64,000 nucleotides of DNA from an uncultured Gemmatimonadales bacterium (GTDB lineage: Bacteria > Gemmatimonadota > Gemmatimonadetes > Gemmatimonadales > GWC2-71-9): assembly GCA_963795085.1 (NCBI GenBank), contig CAWCFX010000006.1, positions 160,001-224,000 of the forward strand, read 5' to 3'. The notes below the pieces were generated by a model that worked only from the letters and a program-made list of their open reading frames with translations, ran no database searches and was not told where the DNA came from. This document shows, piece after piece, positions 20,179 through 33,663 of this stretch (the stretch's first letter is position 1; every line of letters starts with the position of its first letter). Made by a program: the position numbers and the translations under genes.

Positions 20179-21263
20179 TGCGGCTCTGCCAGTTGGCGGT
20201 CCGCGGATTTCGTAACCTCGCCGACGGCGTGATGCGCTTTCCGCCGGGGGGGGTGGCCCTGCTGGGCGATAATGGCCAGGGCAAGACCAACCTGCTTGAA
20301 GCGATTTACTACCCGGTCTTCTTCCGCTCCTTCCACGGCGCCGGCGACCAGGAAATCGGCCATTTCGGCGGGCCTGGATTCGGGGTGGAGGCGAGCATCG
20401 ATACGCCGGCGCCCCATGCGATCGGCGTTCGATACTCGGGCCGGAAAAAACTGATCGAGGTTGACGGGGTTGCCGCCACCCGGCTGGCCGATCACGTGGG
20501 CACCTGGCTGGCGGTGGCGTTTCTTCCCCAGGACTTGCGCCTCGCCGACGGGCCGGCGTCCGGGCGGCGGCGCTTCCTCGACCGGATGCTGGCGATCGCG
20601 GACCGGCATTACTACCTCGCCCTGGCGCACTACCGTGCGGCGCTGGCCCAGCGAAACGCCGCCCTTCGCCAGGGGCGGCCGGACCTGGCCCGGGCCTTTG
20701 ACGAAGCCCTCGCGCGGGCCGGGTCGCGGGTCGTGGCTTCCCGCCTCGCCTGGGTGGAGACAGCCCGGGAAGAAATGGCCACGGAACTGGCCCACCTGGG
20801 GGAGCGGGAATCGGTAGATCTCGCTTACGGGGGCCGGGCCGAGCTCGCGGACCCGGCCGGCTGGGCCCCCGCGCTGGACGCCAGCGAAAAGCGGGACCGG
20901 CTGCAGCGCAATACCGGCATCGGGCCACACCGCGACGACCTCCGGATCAACCTGGCCGGGCACCCGGCCCGGGAGTATGGCTCTACCGGGCAGCAGCGAA
21001 GCGTCGCGATTGCGCTCAAGCTCATCGAGCTGGCGACCCTGGCCCGCTCCCGGGGCGCGGCTCCGGCGCTCCTGCTCGATGACGTTTTCGCGGAACTGGA
21101 TATTGGCCGGCAACGGCAACTGGCGCGCCGGCTGCTCCCGGCGGGAGAGCGGCAGATCTTCCTGACGTCCCCGCGCGAAGACGAACTGCCCCCCAACCTG
21201 GAGCTTCCGGTCTGGCGGGTCTCCGGCGGCGTTGTCTCAGCGGACCGGATCGCGGACCGGTAA
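20178..21263 (+). CDS. recF: DNA replication/repair protein RecF
   Basis: FRNL, GDNGQGKTNLLEA, RRRFLD, GPHRDDL, GSTGQQR, LLLDDVFAELD. Confidence 0.95.
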   Translation: MRLCQLAVRGFRNLADGVMRFPPGGVALLGDNGQGKTNLLEAIYYPVFFRSFHGAGDQEIGHFGGPGFGVEASIDTPAPHAIGVRYSGRKKLIEVDGVAATRLADHVGTWLAVAFLPQDLRLADGPASGRRRFLDRMLAIADRHYYLALAHYRAALAQRNAALRQGRPDLARAFDEALARAGSRVVASRLAWVETAREEMATELAHLGERESVDLAYGGRAELADPAGWAPALDASEKRDRLQRNTGIGPHRDDLRINLAGHPAREYGSTGQQRSVAIALKLIELATLARSRGAAPALLLDDVFAELDIGRQRQLARRLLPAGERQIFLTSPREDELPPNLELPVWRVSGGVVSADRIADR

Positions 21264-21272
21264 AGGGGGAGC

Positions 21273-21665
21273 ATGACCGAAAGCGCGGACGACCGGCTGG
21301 CCAAGGCCACCGCCTGGATCCATCAGCAGGGGGCCCGGAAGAAGAAAGGGCGGCTGGCCAGCGCGGGCGAGGCGGTGGACCGTTTCCTGGCACGGGCGGG
21401 CCTGGCCAAGCGGGTCGCGCAGGCCAGCATCGTGGAAGAGTGGCCGCAGTTGGTCGGCCCCCAGATCGCCGCGGTGACCCGGGCGGACTCGGTGACCCCG
21501 GACGGCGTGCTTCGGGTCCTCGTGTCCACCGCCGCCTGGGCCAGCGAGTTGAGCCTGATGGCCCCCCGGATCCTCGCCCGGCTCAACGCCGAGCGGCGGG
21601 GCCGGATCACCGAAATACGCTGGATCGTCGGCGACCGACGGCCCGCGGCCCGGCCGGCACCCTGA
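21273..21665 (+). CDS. dciA: DciA / DUF721 family protein
   Basis: WPQLVGPQIA, GVLRVLVSTAAWASEL. Canonical position between recF and gyrB. Confidence 0.85.
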   Translation: MTESADDRLAKATAWIHQQGARKKKGRLASAGEAVDRFLARAGLAKRVAQASIVEEWPQLVGPQIAAVTRADSVTPDGVLRVLVSTAAWASELSLMAPRILARLNAERRGRITEIRWIVGDRRPAARPAP

Positions 21666-21701
21666 TGCCCGGTTTCTGATCTTTGAGCGCAGCACAACTG
21701 A

Positions 21702-23648
<1,947 letters not shown>

Positions 23649-23775
23649 GTCCCTGTCCCCGTGCGGAACCCAGGCCCCGGCGCTGTTCGGCCGGGGCTTG
23701 TCATTTCATCCGGCGAGACTAGACTGAGCAACGACACCCCGGGCGCTCCAACTTCCCGTGCCGCAAGGGTTTCTA

Positions 23776-25764
23776 GTGAGCGACGATCCCGTTCCTGTGC
23801 GACTTCGCAGTCTCGTTCTCATAGCCGCCATCTGCGCGGGCGCGATTCCCCTGGTCGCGCTGGCAGGCTGGATCCTCAACGCCCCTGCCCTCCGCGGGGT
23901 GCTTCCCGGCGCCATCGCCATGAACCCGGTGACCGGTGCGGCGCTGCTGCTGCTGGCGATGGCCGTGGCCGTTGCGGACCGCCCGGGGCACACCATTCTC
24001 CGCCGGGTGCTGAGCGGGGCAGTCGCGGTCGCGGGCATCAGCCGGCTGGCCGACGGCCTCGGGCTCCCGGTCGCAGCCCTGGACCTGGTCCTGTTCCGGC
24101 AGGAGATTCTGGGGCTGTCCCCGGTGCCCCGGATGGCGTATTCCACCGCCATCTGCCTTGTGGTCCTGGCTGCGGGGCTCGGCAGCTACCGCGTGGAGGC
24201 CCCCGGCCGCGGACGGCTGCTGATCCTGCCGGCCGCCCTCTTCGCCCTCTTCGCGGCCACCGGCTACATCTACCAGGCCGAATGGTTCTTCAACATTCCC
24301 GCCTTGAAGCCGATGGCGCTCAATACCGCGATCGCCCTGATCGCGCTCTGCGTCGGAGTGACGGCCCTGCCGCCCGCCCTGGCCCCCACCGATCAACTGG
24401 TGGCACCGGGGGTCGTTGGGGTTACCGCGCGCCAGCTGATCCCGGCCGCCTTCCTGATTCCGTTCATCCTCGGCTTTTTCCGGGTCATTGCCGAGCGGAG
24501 CGGGTGGGTAGACCTGGGCCTGGGCACCGCGATATTCGTGGTGCTGACCGCCTTGATCCTCTCCGGTCTCGCCCGCTACAGCGTGCTCAAGATTCTCCGC
24601 GCCGGCGAGGCGCAACAACAGATGGAAAGGGCGATCCGTACCTCGGAACGGCGGCTCTTCCAGATACTCGAAGCGATACCGGTCGGGATCTTCGTGATCG
24701 GCCGGGACGGACGGCCCTACTACGCCAACCGCCGCAGCAACGAGATCGCGGGGTTGGAGCTGCAGCCAGGCATCGCGGCGGGTGACCTGTCGAGGACCTT
24801 CCGGGTGTACCGGGCGGGAACCGGGGAGCCCTATCCGAACGCCGAACTCCCGGTCGTCCGGGCCCTCCGGGACGAGCGGGTCTACGTGACCGATATCGAG
24901 CTGGGCCGGCCGGAGGGGCGGGTGCCGATCGAAGTCTGGGCCGAGCCGGTCAAGGGAGACGATGGCCAGATCGAATACGCCGTCTCCGCCTACAACGACA
25001 TCACGGCCCGGGTCCAGGCCGAGCACCAGATCCGGTCGCTCAACCAGGAATTACGGCACCAGGTCGTCGAACTGGCGGCAGTCAATCGGGAGCTCGAGAC
25101 CTTCAGCTACTCGGTCAGCCACGACCTCCGGGCGCCACTCCGGGCAGTGGACGGGTTTTCCCGGATACTGGAGACCGATCACGCTCCGGCGCTCGACGCC
25201 GAGGGTCACCGACTCCTGGGCCGGGTCCGGGATAACGTGCGCCGCATGGGCAACCTGATCGACGACCTGCTTCGTTTTTCCCGGCTGAGCCGGGCAGCGC
25301 TGGAGGTCAGGCCGGTGGACATGAACGACCTGGTCCGGAACGTGGTGGCCGATTTGACCCGGGACGGGGCCAGCCGGGCAATGGTGAGCATCGGCCCCCT
25401 GCCCCCCGCGCCCGGCGATATGGGCCTCCTCCGGCAGGTCTGGACCAACCTGGTCTCCAACGCCCTCAAGTACAGCGACCCCGGTGCCGATCCTCGGATT
25501 GAGATCCAGGGCCTCATCACCGGGGGCGGAGTGGAGTACTCCGTGCGGGACAACGGGGTGGGATTCGACATGGCGTACGCCGACAAGCTCTTCGGAGTCT
25601 TCCAGCGGCTCCACCGGCAGGACGAGTTCGAAGGGACCGGGGTCGGCCTCGCCATCGTGCAGCGTATCGTGCACCGGCACGGCGGAACGGTCCGGGCAGA
25701 ATCGGCGCCCGGACAGGGTGCCACTTTTTCTTTCTTGTTACCCCTGGCAGAAACCCATGGCTGA
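23776..25764 (+). CDS. Membrane sensor histidine kinase (multi-TM, PAS, HisKA, HATPase)
   Basis: [14 protein letters not shown]-box, [25 protein letters not shown]. Confidence 0.92.
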   Translation: MSDDPVPVRLRSLVLIAAICAGAIPLVALAGWILNAPALRGVLPGAIAMNPVTGAALLLLAMAVAVADRPGHTILRRVLSGAVAVAGISRLADGLGLPVAALDLVLFRQEILGLSPVPRMAYSTAICLVVLAAGLGSYRVEAPGRGRLLILPAALFALFAATGYIYQAEWFFNIPALKPMALNTAIALIALCVGVTALPPALAPTDQLVAPGVVGVTARQLIPAAFLIPFILGFFRVIAERSGWVDLGLGTAIFVVLTALILSGLARYSVLKILRAGEAQQQMERAIRTSERRLFQILEAIPVGIFVIGRDGRPYYANRRSNEIAGLELQPGIAAGDLSRTFRVYRAGTGEPYPNAELPVVRALRDERVYVTDIELGRPEGRVPIEVWAEPVKGDDGQIEYAVSAYNDITARVQAEHQIRSLNQELRHQVVELAAVNRELETFSYSVSHDLRAPLRAVDGFSRILETDHAPALDAEGHRLLGRVRDNVRRMGNLIDDLLRFSRLSRAALEVRPVDMNDLVRNVVADLTRDGASRAMVSIGPLPPAPGDMGLLRQVWTNLVSNALKYSDPGADPRIEIQGLITGGGVEYSVRDNGVGFDMAYADKLFGVFQRLHRQDEFEGTGVGLAIVQRIVHRHGGTVRAESAPGQGATFSFLLPLAETHG

Positions 25765-26185
25765 GCTCGAGGGGGTGGAGATTCTCCTGGTGGAAGACAG
25801 CAGCGACGACGCGGAGCTGACCCTGCGCTCGTTGCGCGAACACAAGATTGCGAACCGGATCGAGCTGGCCCGGGATGGCGCCGAGGCCGTGGACTACCTC
25901 GAGTCGGGACGCCCGCTGCCCCGCCTGGTGCTGCTGGACCTCAAGCTCCCCCGGCTCACCGGGCTGGAGGTGCTGCGAAAGATTCGTGCTGCCCCCCGCA
26001 CCCGGACCCTCCCGGTGGTGATTCTGACCTCCTCGCGCGAAGAACCTGATATCGCGCAGGCGTACGAACTGGGCGTCAACAGCTACATCGTCAAGCCGGT
26101 CGAGTTCGAAGATTTCGTCAAGGCGGTCACCGAGGCGGGGCTCTACTGGCTCCTCCTGAACGAAGCACCGAGGTCCAGCCGATGA
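25757..26185 (+). CDS. Single-domain response regulator (Rcp1-like)
   Basis: [29 protein letters not shown]. Confidence 0.92.
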   Translation: MAELEGVEILLVEDSSDDAELTLRSLREHKIANRIELARDGAEAVDYLESGRPLPRLVLLDLKLPRLTGLEVLRKIRAAPRTRTLPVVILTSSREEPDIAQAYELGVNSYIVKPVEFEDFVKAVTEAGLYWLLLNEAPRSSR

Positions 26186-28095
26186 CGACGCGGATCCTGC
26201 TGGTCGAGGACAGTCCGAGCGACGCAGAACTGCTCATCATGGCGCTTCGGAAATCGCTGGCCCAGTGCGACGTGCACCAGGTCGTCGACGAGGCCGCGTT
26301 CCTGCAGGAACTGGCGGAGTTCCGTCCCGACATCGTAATCAGCGATCACAACTTGCCTCGTTTCAGCGGCCCCCGCGCCCTGGAACTCACCCGGCTGGCC
26401 GACCCGCACCTGCCCTTTCTCCTGGTCACCGGGTCGCTCGACGAAGAGACGGCGGCGCACTACATGCGGTCGGGTGCGACCGACTACCTCCTCAAGGACC
26501 GCACCGCGCGGCTGGGCTCGGCGGTGCTGGCCGCACTGCAGCAGTCTCAGCAGCGGAAGAGTCTCGACCGGCAGCAGATGCTGCTCCAGAAAGTGATTGA
26601 CACCGACCCGAACCTCATCTTCGTCAAGGACTACGACGGCCGGTTCCTCCTGGCCAATGGCGCGGCGGCGGAAATCTACGCCTGCTCGATAGAGGCGCTG
26701 GTGGGCCGGACCGACGCCGACTTCAACGCCAACGCCGCCGAAGTCGAACATTTCCTCCGGGTGGACCGGGAGGTAATGGAATCGGGAGAGTCGAGGTTCG
26801 TGGCCGAGGAGCCGGTCACCAACCCGGCGACGGGGCAAACCCGCTGGTTCCAGACGATCAAGGTTCCCCTGACGCTGCCGGGGTACGACCAGAAGCTGAT
26901 TCTGGGGGTGGGCACCGACATCACCAAGCGGCGGGACCTGGAAGAACAACTCCGGCAATCGCAGAAGATGGAAGCGATCGGCCGGCTGGCGGGAGGCATT
27001 GCCCACGACTTCAACAACGTCCTTACCGCCATCCTGGGCTATTCCCAGATGCTGCTGCAGGACCTGTCACCTGAGGACCGCCGGCGCGAGGATGTCCAGG
27101 AAATCGAGCAGGCCGCCACCCGGGCCGCGAGGCTGACCCGCCAGCTTCTCGCCTTCAGCCGGCGCCAGGTGCTGCAGCCCCAGACTCTCGATCTCAATGA
27201 ACTGATCGGGACCCTGGACATGTTCCTGCGCCGGCTGATCGGCGAGGACATCAATCTCCGGGTCCGTCCGGGCGAGGCCCTGTGGATGGTCTCGGCGGAC
27301 GCCGGCCAGATCGAACAGGTTATCATGAACCTGGTCGTCAACTCGCGTGACGCGATGCCCCAGGGCGGCAAGATCACCGTCGAGACCGCGAATGTGCTCC
27401 TCGACGCGGGCTACGCCCAGCGGCACGTGACGGTCAAGCCCGGCGAGTATGTCATGATCGCCGTGAGCGACACCGGGACCGGGATGGACGAGGCAACCCA
27501 GGGGAGGGCCTTCGAGCCCTTCTTCACAACCAAGCCCGCCGGCCAGGGCACCGGCCTGGGGCTGTCCACGGTGTACGGCATCGTCAAGCAGAGCGGCGGA
27601 AACGTCTGGATCTATTCCGAGCCGGGCCGGGGCACCACCTTCAAGGTGTACCTGCCCAGGGCCATCGGGGTGAGCGATGCCGCCCGGCCGGCCGCGGCCG
27701 ACCCATCTGATTTCCGGGGGACCGAAACCATCCTGCTGGCCGAGGATGAAGACAGCGTCCGTTCGCTGACCGCCAGGGTGCTCCGGGGGCTGGGATACCA
27801 GGTACTGGAAGCCCGGCTGGGCCGGGAGGCGGAAGAGATCGCCCGGGGGCGGACCGCGCCGGTTGAGTTGCTGCTTACCGATGTCGTCATGCCGGAATAC
27901 TCGGGCTCGGAATTGGCCGCCCGGCTCTCTCGGCAGAGCCCCGGCCTCAAGGTGCTTTACATGTCGGGGTACACCGACGAAGCAGTCATCCACCACGGCC
28001 TGCTCGAATCCAACATCGCCTACCTGCAGAAGCCGTTCACCCCGGTTGTCCTGGGACGCAAGGTGCGCGAGGTGCTGGACTCAGCGCGGGCGTAA
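26182..28095 (+). CDS. Hybrid sensor kinase REC-PAS-HisKA-HATPase-REC
   Basis: N-terminal [33 protein letters not shown]-terminal REC. Confidence 0.93.
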   Translation: MTTRILLVEDSPSDAELLIMALRKSLAQCDVHQVVDEAAFLQELAEFRPDIVISDHNLPRFSGPRALELTRLADPHLPFLLVTGSLDEETAAHYMRSGATDYLLKDRTARLGSAVLAALQQSQQRKSLDRQQMLLQKVIDTDPNLIFVKDYDGRFLLANGAAAEIYACSIEALVGRTDADFNANAAEVEHFLRVDREVMESGESRFVAEEPVTNPATGQTRWFQTIKVPLTLPGYDQKLILGVGTDITKRRDLEEQLRQSQKMEAIGRLAGGIAHDFNNVLTAILGYSQMLLQDLSPEDRRREDVQEIEQAATRAARLTRQLLAFSRRQVLQPQTLDLNELIGTLDMFLRRLIGEDINLRVRPGEALWMVSADAGQIEQVIMNLVVNSRDAMPQGGKITVETANVLLDAGYAQRHVTVKPGEYVMIAVSDTGTGMDEATQGRAFEPFFTTKPAGQGTGLGLSTVYGIVKQSGGNVWIYSEPGRGTTFKVYLPRAIGVSDAARPAAADPSDFRGTETILLAEDEDSVRSLTARVLRGLGYQVLEARLGREAEEIARGRTAPVELLLTDVVMPEYSGSELAARLSRQSPGLKVLYMSGYTDEAVIHHGLLESNIAYLQKPFTPVVLGRKVREVLDSARA

Positions 28096-30933
28096 GGATC
28101 CTGCCAGCCGGGCAGCTCGTCCCCGCACCTCCGCCACCATGGGCTGAAACTCTGGATCGGCATGCTGCCAGAGGCGGCTGACCCGGAGATACGCCGCGGC
28201 CGCTTCTCGGCCCCGGCCCAGCCGCTCCAGCAGTTCACCCCGCCGGTACAGCGAGGGCGCCAGGTAAGCCCGGCCGAACGCGGAGTGCTCCGTCGGCGCG
28301 GCCAGCCAGCCAAGGGCCATCTCCGTCTGGCCCGTATGCACCAGCCACTCCGCCCGCACCATCCGCTCCAGCCGGAATCCCAGGAACGGCGCATCCAGGC
28401 CCCGGTCCAGCACCTCGGGCTTGGCCTCCGTGGCCAGCAGTCCCTCCTCCCAGCGTGACAGGTTGCGTCCGAGCATTCCGCTGTACGCCCGAATCGAAGA
28501 CGCCAGGGCCGAGTGCCGCGGGGTGGGCGGCCGGCGTGCCAGCAATGCAGCCTGCGCAAGACTGACATCGTGCCGGCCCATGCGCGCACTCAGCAGGCCC
28601 CGCACGTAGGCCAGGCGGTCGGCGTGGGCGAGCCGTTCCTCGCCGGCCGGCATGAACGGCCTGGCCTCCGGGTCCACCGCATCCAGCCAGGCCCGCACCT
28701 GGGAGAGCGCGGTATCCGGAAGGGGAAGCCCCGGTGTACTGAAGAGCAGTCCGGCGTGTTCCGCCGCCAGCAACGGGTCCAGCCGGGCCGCCGAATCGAG
28801 CATGCCGAGCGCTTCCCGCCATCGGCCTCCGCCCATCAGGAGGTGAGCCAACAACAGCCGCCCGGTCAGCCGAATGGCGGGGGGGCGATCGGCCGAATCC
28901 ATGAGCCGGACGATGCCGGCCGCGGCTTCGCCGTCCTCCAGCAGGTACAGCGCGTGGGCTCCGACCGTGGCCAGTTCCTGGCCGGGCACCTGCCGAAGTT
29001 CGTCCTCGATCTTCCGCCGATCCGCTTCGCGACCCAGCTCGACGGCCCGCACCATCCGGCCGGCCCACCAGAAATGGGACCCCGGGACGATCCGGCTCAG
29101 CAGCGAGTCAAATGTTCCGTACTCCCGCTCCAGGGCGGCGATTTCGAGCAGATGAATGAGCGGGGCCTCGCCGTCGTTCATGGCGTACGCGCGGCGGAAG
29201 AAGTCCCCCGCCTCGGCCACGGGGCGCCCGCGGCTGGGATTGAAGTGAAACAGGACTTCGCCGAGGTTGAAGATGGCATCCACCTCTTCAGGGCGGCGCC
29301 GCAGAATTTCCCGGTACCGCCGTTCGGCATCGTCGGCGTCGCCCCGCTCGTAGTGAAGGAACGCTTCGACCAGTTCCCGTTCCGGCGGCGGCAACCGCTC
29401 GCCATATCGGGCCGCCTGCTCGGCGGCCCAGCGCGATGAATCAACCGCCGACCAGGTATAGGCCTGGGCGAGGCGGTAGTAGGCGAGTGCAAACGCCGTG
29501 TCCAGCGCGATGGCGCGCTGGTAACCCGCGATGGCACGGGGGAAGGTTCCCCGTTGAAATTCCCACTCGCCCTCGAGATAGGCCTTGAGCGCGGGAATCG
29601 AGTGGGTGGTGCGGGCGGCCAGCCGGGCGACCCCGCGAGCCGGGCTCTCCCGTCCGGCCGCGATCAACCGGGCCGTCAGCTGGTCCACCAGCGCAAAGAG
29701 AGAATCGGCCGGCCCCTCGACCATGGCGGTTTCCAGCTTGTGGCCGGGAGGGTCCACCCGGAACAACGAGGCACTGATGCGGAGACGGCTCCCGGTGGCG
29801 ACCACGTCTCCGGTCACGAACATACCGGCACCCAGGATTTCGGCCGTGCGTTGCGCCTGCTCGGGGGTGGGCGCGGCCGCTTCCGGCCGGGCCAGCGCTC
29901 GCGGGTGAATGCTGCGGAGATCTCCGGCACCGTCGAGACCGGTACTGAGGAGCGCGGGGGCGCCCTCGCCGACGTAGGCCAGCGACGGTTCCCCGAGCAC
30001 GGCAAAAGGAAAAACTGCCACGATGTTGGACTGGCGGCCGAGCGGCACCCCGGCCGTCTCCAGCCCGGTCCAGGACCCCGAGATGACCATCAGGGCCCCT
30101 ACCAGCCGAGCGAGGGAGCGGCGCCGGCCCCGGTGCCGGTTCGGAAGGGAGGGACGGGGCGGCGGCACGGGGAGCAAGGCAGGCGCAGGGGAACCTGCTT
30201 CGGTCCCGGAGGGAGCACGGGCCCGGATAGCCCGGGCCAGTGCCTGCGTTTCGGCCGATGGTTCCGCATCGAAATCGACCTTCAACCGGCGCGCGAAATC
30301 TTCATACGCCTGGACCGCCCCGGCCCGATCACCGAGGCGGTCCAGCAGGGCGAGCAGACGGGTAAGGGCGCTTTCGTCATCGGGAATCAGCCCAAGCGCC
30401 CGGCGTCCCCAGTGCGCGGCACCGAACCGGTTCCCGGAACGTTCCTCCCGGTCGGCCAGGGCCCAGGCCGCATCGAAGGCCCGGCGATGCAGTCGGCTGC
30501 GTTCCCGTTCCATCCATCGCTCGAAATCGGGAGTGTCAGGCAGGAAGTAGGCCTCGAGGAGCGCGCCCTGGTACTTCTCGAGCGCCGGGATGGTGTGTCC
30601 AGCCTCCAGGTCTGCCTCGAACGCGACCGCATCACACCAGACCGACCCCTCGGCCAACCGGACCTCGTCGTCGCCGCGGCTTTCCAGTGCCCCGGCACCC
30701 AGGGCGCGCCGCAGATAGTGAAGCGTCTTGCGAAGAGCAGCCCTGGCCCGGTCCTGGTCCAGCTCGGGCCAGAACAATGCGACCAGTGCGTCCCGCCGGT
30801 GAAATCCCCGGGGCTGCGCCAGGGCCAGGTACACGAGTAACCCGGCCCGCTTGGGATGCACGAGGATGCCCCGCGCGGCTTCCGGGTCGGGCGCCGTGAG
30901 ATCGAGTCGGCCGAAGGTGCGAAGCTCTATCAT
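28081..30933 (-). CDS. SARP/BTAD-family regulator with TolB-N-like and TPR domains
   Basis: IELRTFGRLDL, LLVYLAL, RRDALVALFWPE, BTAD (AEPSAET), central TM, VAVFPF, TTHSIPALKAYLEG. Confidence 0.85.
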   Translation of the reverse strand: MIELRTFGRLDLTAPDPEAARGILVHPKRAGLLVYLALAQPRGFHRRDALVALFWPELDQDRARAALRKTLHYLRRALGAGALESRGDDEVRLAEGSVWCDAVAFEADLEAGHTIPALEKYQGALLEAYFLPDTPDFERWMERERSRLHRRAFDAAWALADREERSGNRFGAAHWGRRALGLIPDDESALTRLLALLDRLGDRAGAVQAYEDFARRLKVDFDAEPSAETQALARAIRARAPSGTEAGSPAPALLPVPPPRPSLPNRHRGRRRSLARLVGALMVISGSWTGLETAGVPLGRQSNIVAVFPFAVLGEPSLAYVGEGAPALLSTGLDGAGDLRSIHPRALARPEAAAPTPEQAQRTAEILGAGMFVTGDVVATGSRLRISASLFRVDPPGHKLETAMVEGPADSLFALVDQLTARLIAAGRESPARGVARLAARTTHSIPALKAYLEGEWEFQRGTFPRAIAGYQRAIALDTAFALAYYRLAQAYTWSAVDSSRWAAEQAARYGERLPPPERELVEAFLHYERGDADDAERRYREILRRRPEEVDAIFNLGEVLFHFNPSRGRPVAEAGDFFRRAYAMNDGEAPLIHLLEIAALEREYGTFDSLLSRIVPGSHFWWAGRMVRAVELGREADRRKIEDELRQVPGQELATVGAHALYLLEDGEAAAGIVRLMDSADRPPAIRLTGRLLLAHLLMGGGRWREALGMLDSAARLDPLLAAEHAGLLFSTPGLPLPDTALSQVRAWLDAVDPEARPFMPAGEERLAHADRLAYVRGLLSARMGRHDVSLAQAALLARRPPTPRHSALASSIRAYSGMLGRNLSRWEEGLLATEAKPEVLDRGLDAPFLGFRLERMVRAEWLVHTGQTEMALGWLAAPTEHSAFGRAYLAPSLYRRGELLERLGRGREAAAAYLRVSRLWQHADPEFQPMVAEVRGRAARLAGSLRPR

Positions 30934-31143
30934 GCGATAAGGATGGATGGCAGGGGTTCCCCACCCGTTCCGGGACGGGAACGCCGCCGTTATTGCGAAG
31001 GTAACGCCGCGGGAACGACCGCGCACCAGGTTGGATCCGTGTTCCGAGCCCGCTCCCGGTCCGAGGGGGATCCAACCTCGTCGGGGCGGCGGCGGAGCGC
31101 CAGATCACCCTGGGCTCGTCCCCCGCAACCAAGGAGTCTACTC

Positions 31144-32490
31144 ATGCGACTATTGTATCTCGGCCTGCTGGCCGCGACCGTGGCCACCGCCTGCGTCGAA
31201 GGCACCATCCCCACGCCGGCCCGCTGGCTGAACCGCCCAGACCAGGCCCGCCCCGGCCGGCCGGCCGGGGGCTATGAAGTCTGGGTGGTGGACCAGTCGA
31301 ATACCACCGGCCTCGCCCACGGGGGGGCCCTCTATATCTACCCAGCGGAGCAGCTGGCCGGAGCACACCCAGCTCCCGAGCGCATCGACCTGGCCGGGAG
31401 CGCCACGACCCTGTGTATGGGGACCACCGGGGCGGCGCCGGTGCGCCCCCACATGGTGTTCTTCAACAGCAGCGCGAGTCATGCAGTGCTCTCGTTCGTG
31501 TCCAGCGGGCACGTGGTGATATTCGATGCGGCCACCCGGGAGCCGGTGTCCTGCCTGCGCACCTCTCCGGGGGTTGGTGGCGCACGCCAGGCGCATGCCG
31601 CTTTTCCCGCTCCGGACGACCGCTATATCCTGGTGGCCAACCAGAACGGCAAACTGCTGGAGCGGATCGATACCGATTTCGGCTCCGGTCACTTCCAATT
31701 CAACCCTGCGGCGACGCTCGACCTGGCAACCTGCGTGACGCCGGGCGGGGCGGCCTGTGAATCTCCGGCTTACCGTCCCGACAACGCGCCCATCTGCCCT
31801 ATCGTCGATGCCGACAGTAGGCACGCGTTCGTGACACTGCGGGGGGGAGGACTTTTTGTGGTCAACGCCGCGGCGACTCCCATGCGGATCGTCGCGGAGT
31901 ATGACCGCAGCACGGTCCATGGGAACGGTTGCGGCGGGGTCCAGGTGGGCAGCCACATGTTCCTGGATTCGGGCGGCGGCACCGGGACGAACATGACGGA
32001 GTTCGACGTGTACCGCTTTGGCGCCGGCGCCTTTGCCGGGGTCAATCCGCCCAACACGCCAGCGCCGGCGCTGCTGTACTCGGACGATGCCGCGAACCGT
32101 GATGCGCATGGCATGGCCGCCACCACGAACGGTCGTTTTCTCTGGGTTGCCGACCGAGCTGCCAATCTGTTCGAGATCTTCGGCGTCGGCTCGGGCGAGC
32201 ACCTGGCGACCCTTCCCCTGGCCGGCCCGCTCTCGGACGACCCAACCCCCGATCTGGTGGACGTCTCCCCGGACGGGACCCTCCTCTTGACCACCCTTCG
32301 CGGCCCTAACCCGCTGAGCGGAGACCCCCATGTTTCCACCGGCTCCACGCCCGGGCTGGGGATCCTGCGGCTCGCGGGCGCCGGAAGCCGCGGTGAGTTA
32401 GTGGCGATCCACCGCATCAGTAACGTGGATCAGGCCGGGGTGGAACGGGCCGACCCGCATGGCATCCGGGTTCGTTCCCCCCGCCAGTAG
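31144..32490 (+). CDS. Lipoprotein, beta-propeller (YVTN-like)
   Basis: AAGGAG SD, lipobox ATA-C, repeated H-containing blades (RPHM, QAHA, DAHG, DPHG). Divergent from the BTAD regulator. Confidence 0.7.
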   Translation: MRLLYLGLLAATVATACVEGTIPTPARWLNRPDQARPGRPAGGYEVWVVDQSNTTGLAHGGALYIYPAEQLAGAHPAPERIDLAGSATTLCMGTTGAAPVRPHMVFFNSSASHAVLSFVSSGHVVIFDAATREPVSCLRTSPGVGGARQAHAAFPAPDDRYILVANQNGKLLERIDTDFGSGHFQFNPAATLDLATCVTPGGAACESPAYRPDNAPICPIVDADSRHAFVTLRGGGLFVVNAAATPMRIVAEYDRSTVHGNGCGGVQVGSHMFLDSGGGTGTNMTEFDVYRFGAGAFAGVNPPNTPAPALLYSDDAANRDAHGMAATTNGRFLWVADRAANLFEIFGVGSGEHLATLPLAGPLSDDPTPDLVDVSPDGTLLLTTLRGPNPLSGDPHVSTGSTPGLGILRLAGAGSRGELVAIHRISNVDQAGVERADPHGIRVRSPRQ

Positions 32491-32547
32491 TGCCCGCCGC
32501 AGGCTCGAACGGGGTGGGCCGCGACCCACCTCGTGCTACTTTCCAGC

Positions 32548-33582
32548 ATGAACGCCACCGAATCCATTCTGATCGTCGGGGCCGGCCCCATCGGGCTGGC
32601 CTGCGCCATTTCGGCCCGACGCCGCGGATTCGACCCGTTGGTGATCGATGCTGGCGCCATCGCCAATTCGATCGTCAATTATCCGGTGGGGATGACTTTC
32701 TTTACCACCCCGGAACGGCTGGAAATCGGAAACCACCCCCTGGTGGCCAGCGGGGCCAAACCCACCAGGGAAGAAGCCCTGATGTACTACCGCGGGGTTG
32801 TCAGGTCCGAGCGGATCCGGGTCCGCCCGTATACTCGACTCCGCGGGGTCCGACGAACGGAGGGCCGGCTGGTGGCGGAAGTAATTTCGGGCATCGGGGA
32901 GCCGACGGCGTTTTCCATCACCAGTGACCGGCTGGTCCTGGCGACCGGCTACTTCGAACACCCCAACCAACTGGGAATTCCGGGGGAGGAACTGCCCCAC
33001 GTGAGCCACTACCCGACCGAAGCTCACCAGACGGCCGGCCTCGATGTTGTGGTCGTCGGAGCCAAGAACTCGGCCGTCGAGATGGCCCTGGCCAGCTATC
33101 GCGCGGGCGCCCGCGTCAGCCTGGTCCACCGGGGCCCCGGCCTCCGGCCCAGCGTGAAATACTGGCTGCGCCCAGACCTGGAGAACCGGATTCTGCACCA
33201 GGAAATTCAAGTATGGTGGACGAGTTCCCTGGTCGAGATCCGGCCAGACAGCGTTGCGGTCCGCGGGGAAGACGGTCGGGTTCACTGGCTTCCGGCGGAC
33301 ATGGTCTATCTTCTCACCGGCTATCACCCCGACTTCGAGCTATTCCGCCGGATCGGTCTCACCCTGGATCCCGAAAGCGGCCGGCCGGACCACGACTCCG
33401 AGACCCTGGAAACCTCCATCCCGGGCATCTCCCTGGCGGGCAGTGTTACATCGGGACGATTCATCTCCGAAATCTTTATCGAGAATGGTAGGTATGATGG
33501 AGAAAAGATCTTCGGAGACGCGGCCAGCCGGCGCGCGGCGCTGGAGGCTGCCGACATGATTCAACGGCCCATGGGGGAATAG
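32548..33582 (+). CDS. YpdA-family FAD-dependent (bacillithiol-type) disulfide reductase
   Basis: IVGAGPIGLACA, NSIVNYP..MTFFT, KPTREEALMYY, VKYWLRPD.ENRI, IFIENGR. Confidence 0.88.
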   Translation: MNATESILIVGAGPIGLACAISARRRGFDPLVIDAGAIANSIVNYPVGMTFFTTPERLEIGNHPLVASGAKPTREEALMYYRGVVRSERIRVRPYTRLRGVRRTEGRLVAEVISGIGEPTAFSITSDRLVLATGYFEHPNQLGIPGEELPHVSHYPTEAHQTAGLDVVVVGAKNSAVEMALASYRAGARVSLVHRGPGLRPSVKYWLRPDLENRILHQEIQVWWTSSLVEIRPDSVAVRGEDGRVHWLPADMVYLLTGYHPDFELFRRIGLTLDPESGRPDHDSETLETSIPGISLAGSVTSGRFISEIFIENGRYDGEKIFGDAASRRAALEAADMIQRPMGE

Positions 33583-33590
33583 TTGCCTTA

Positions 33591-33636
33591 ATTTACCCGG
33601 GTGTTATTGACAACCATTATTACACCCGGGTATAAT
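33591..33636 (+). promoter_or_regulatory. Consensus sigma70 promoter with two ACCCGGGT palindromic operators
   Basis: TTGACA 33607-33612, 18-bp spacer, TATAAT 33631-33636. TACCCGGGTG 33594-33603 and CACCCGGGTA 33623-33632. Confidence 0.85.
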
Positions 33637-33663
33637 AGTCGCACCTTAAAACCGGTTGACCGG

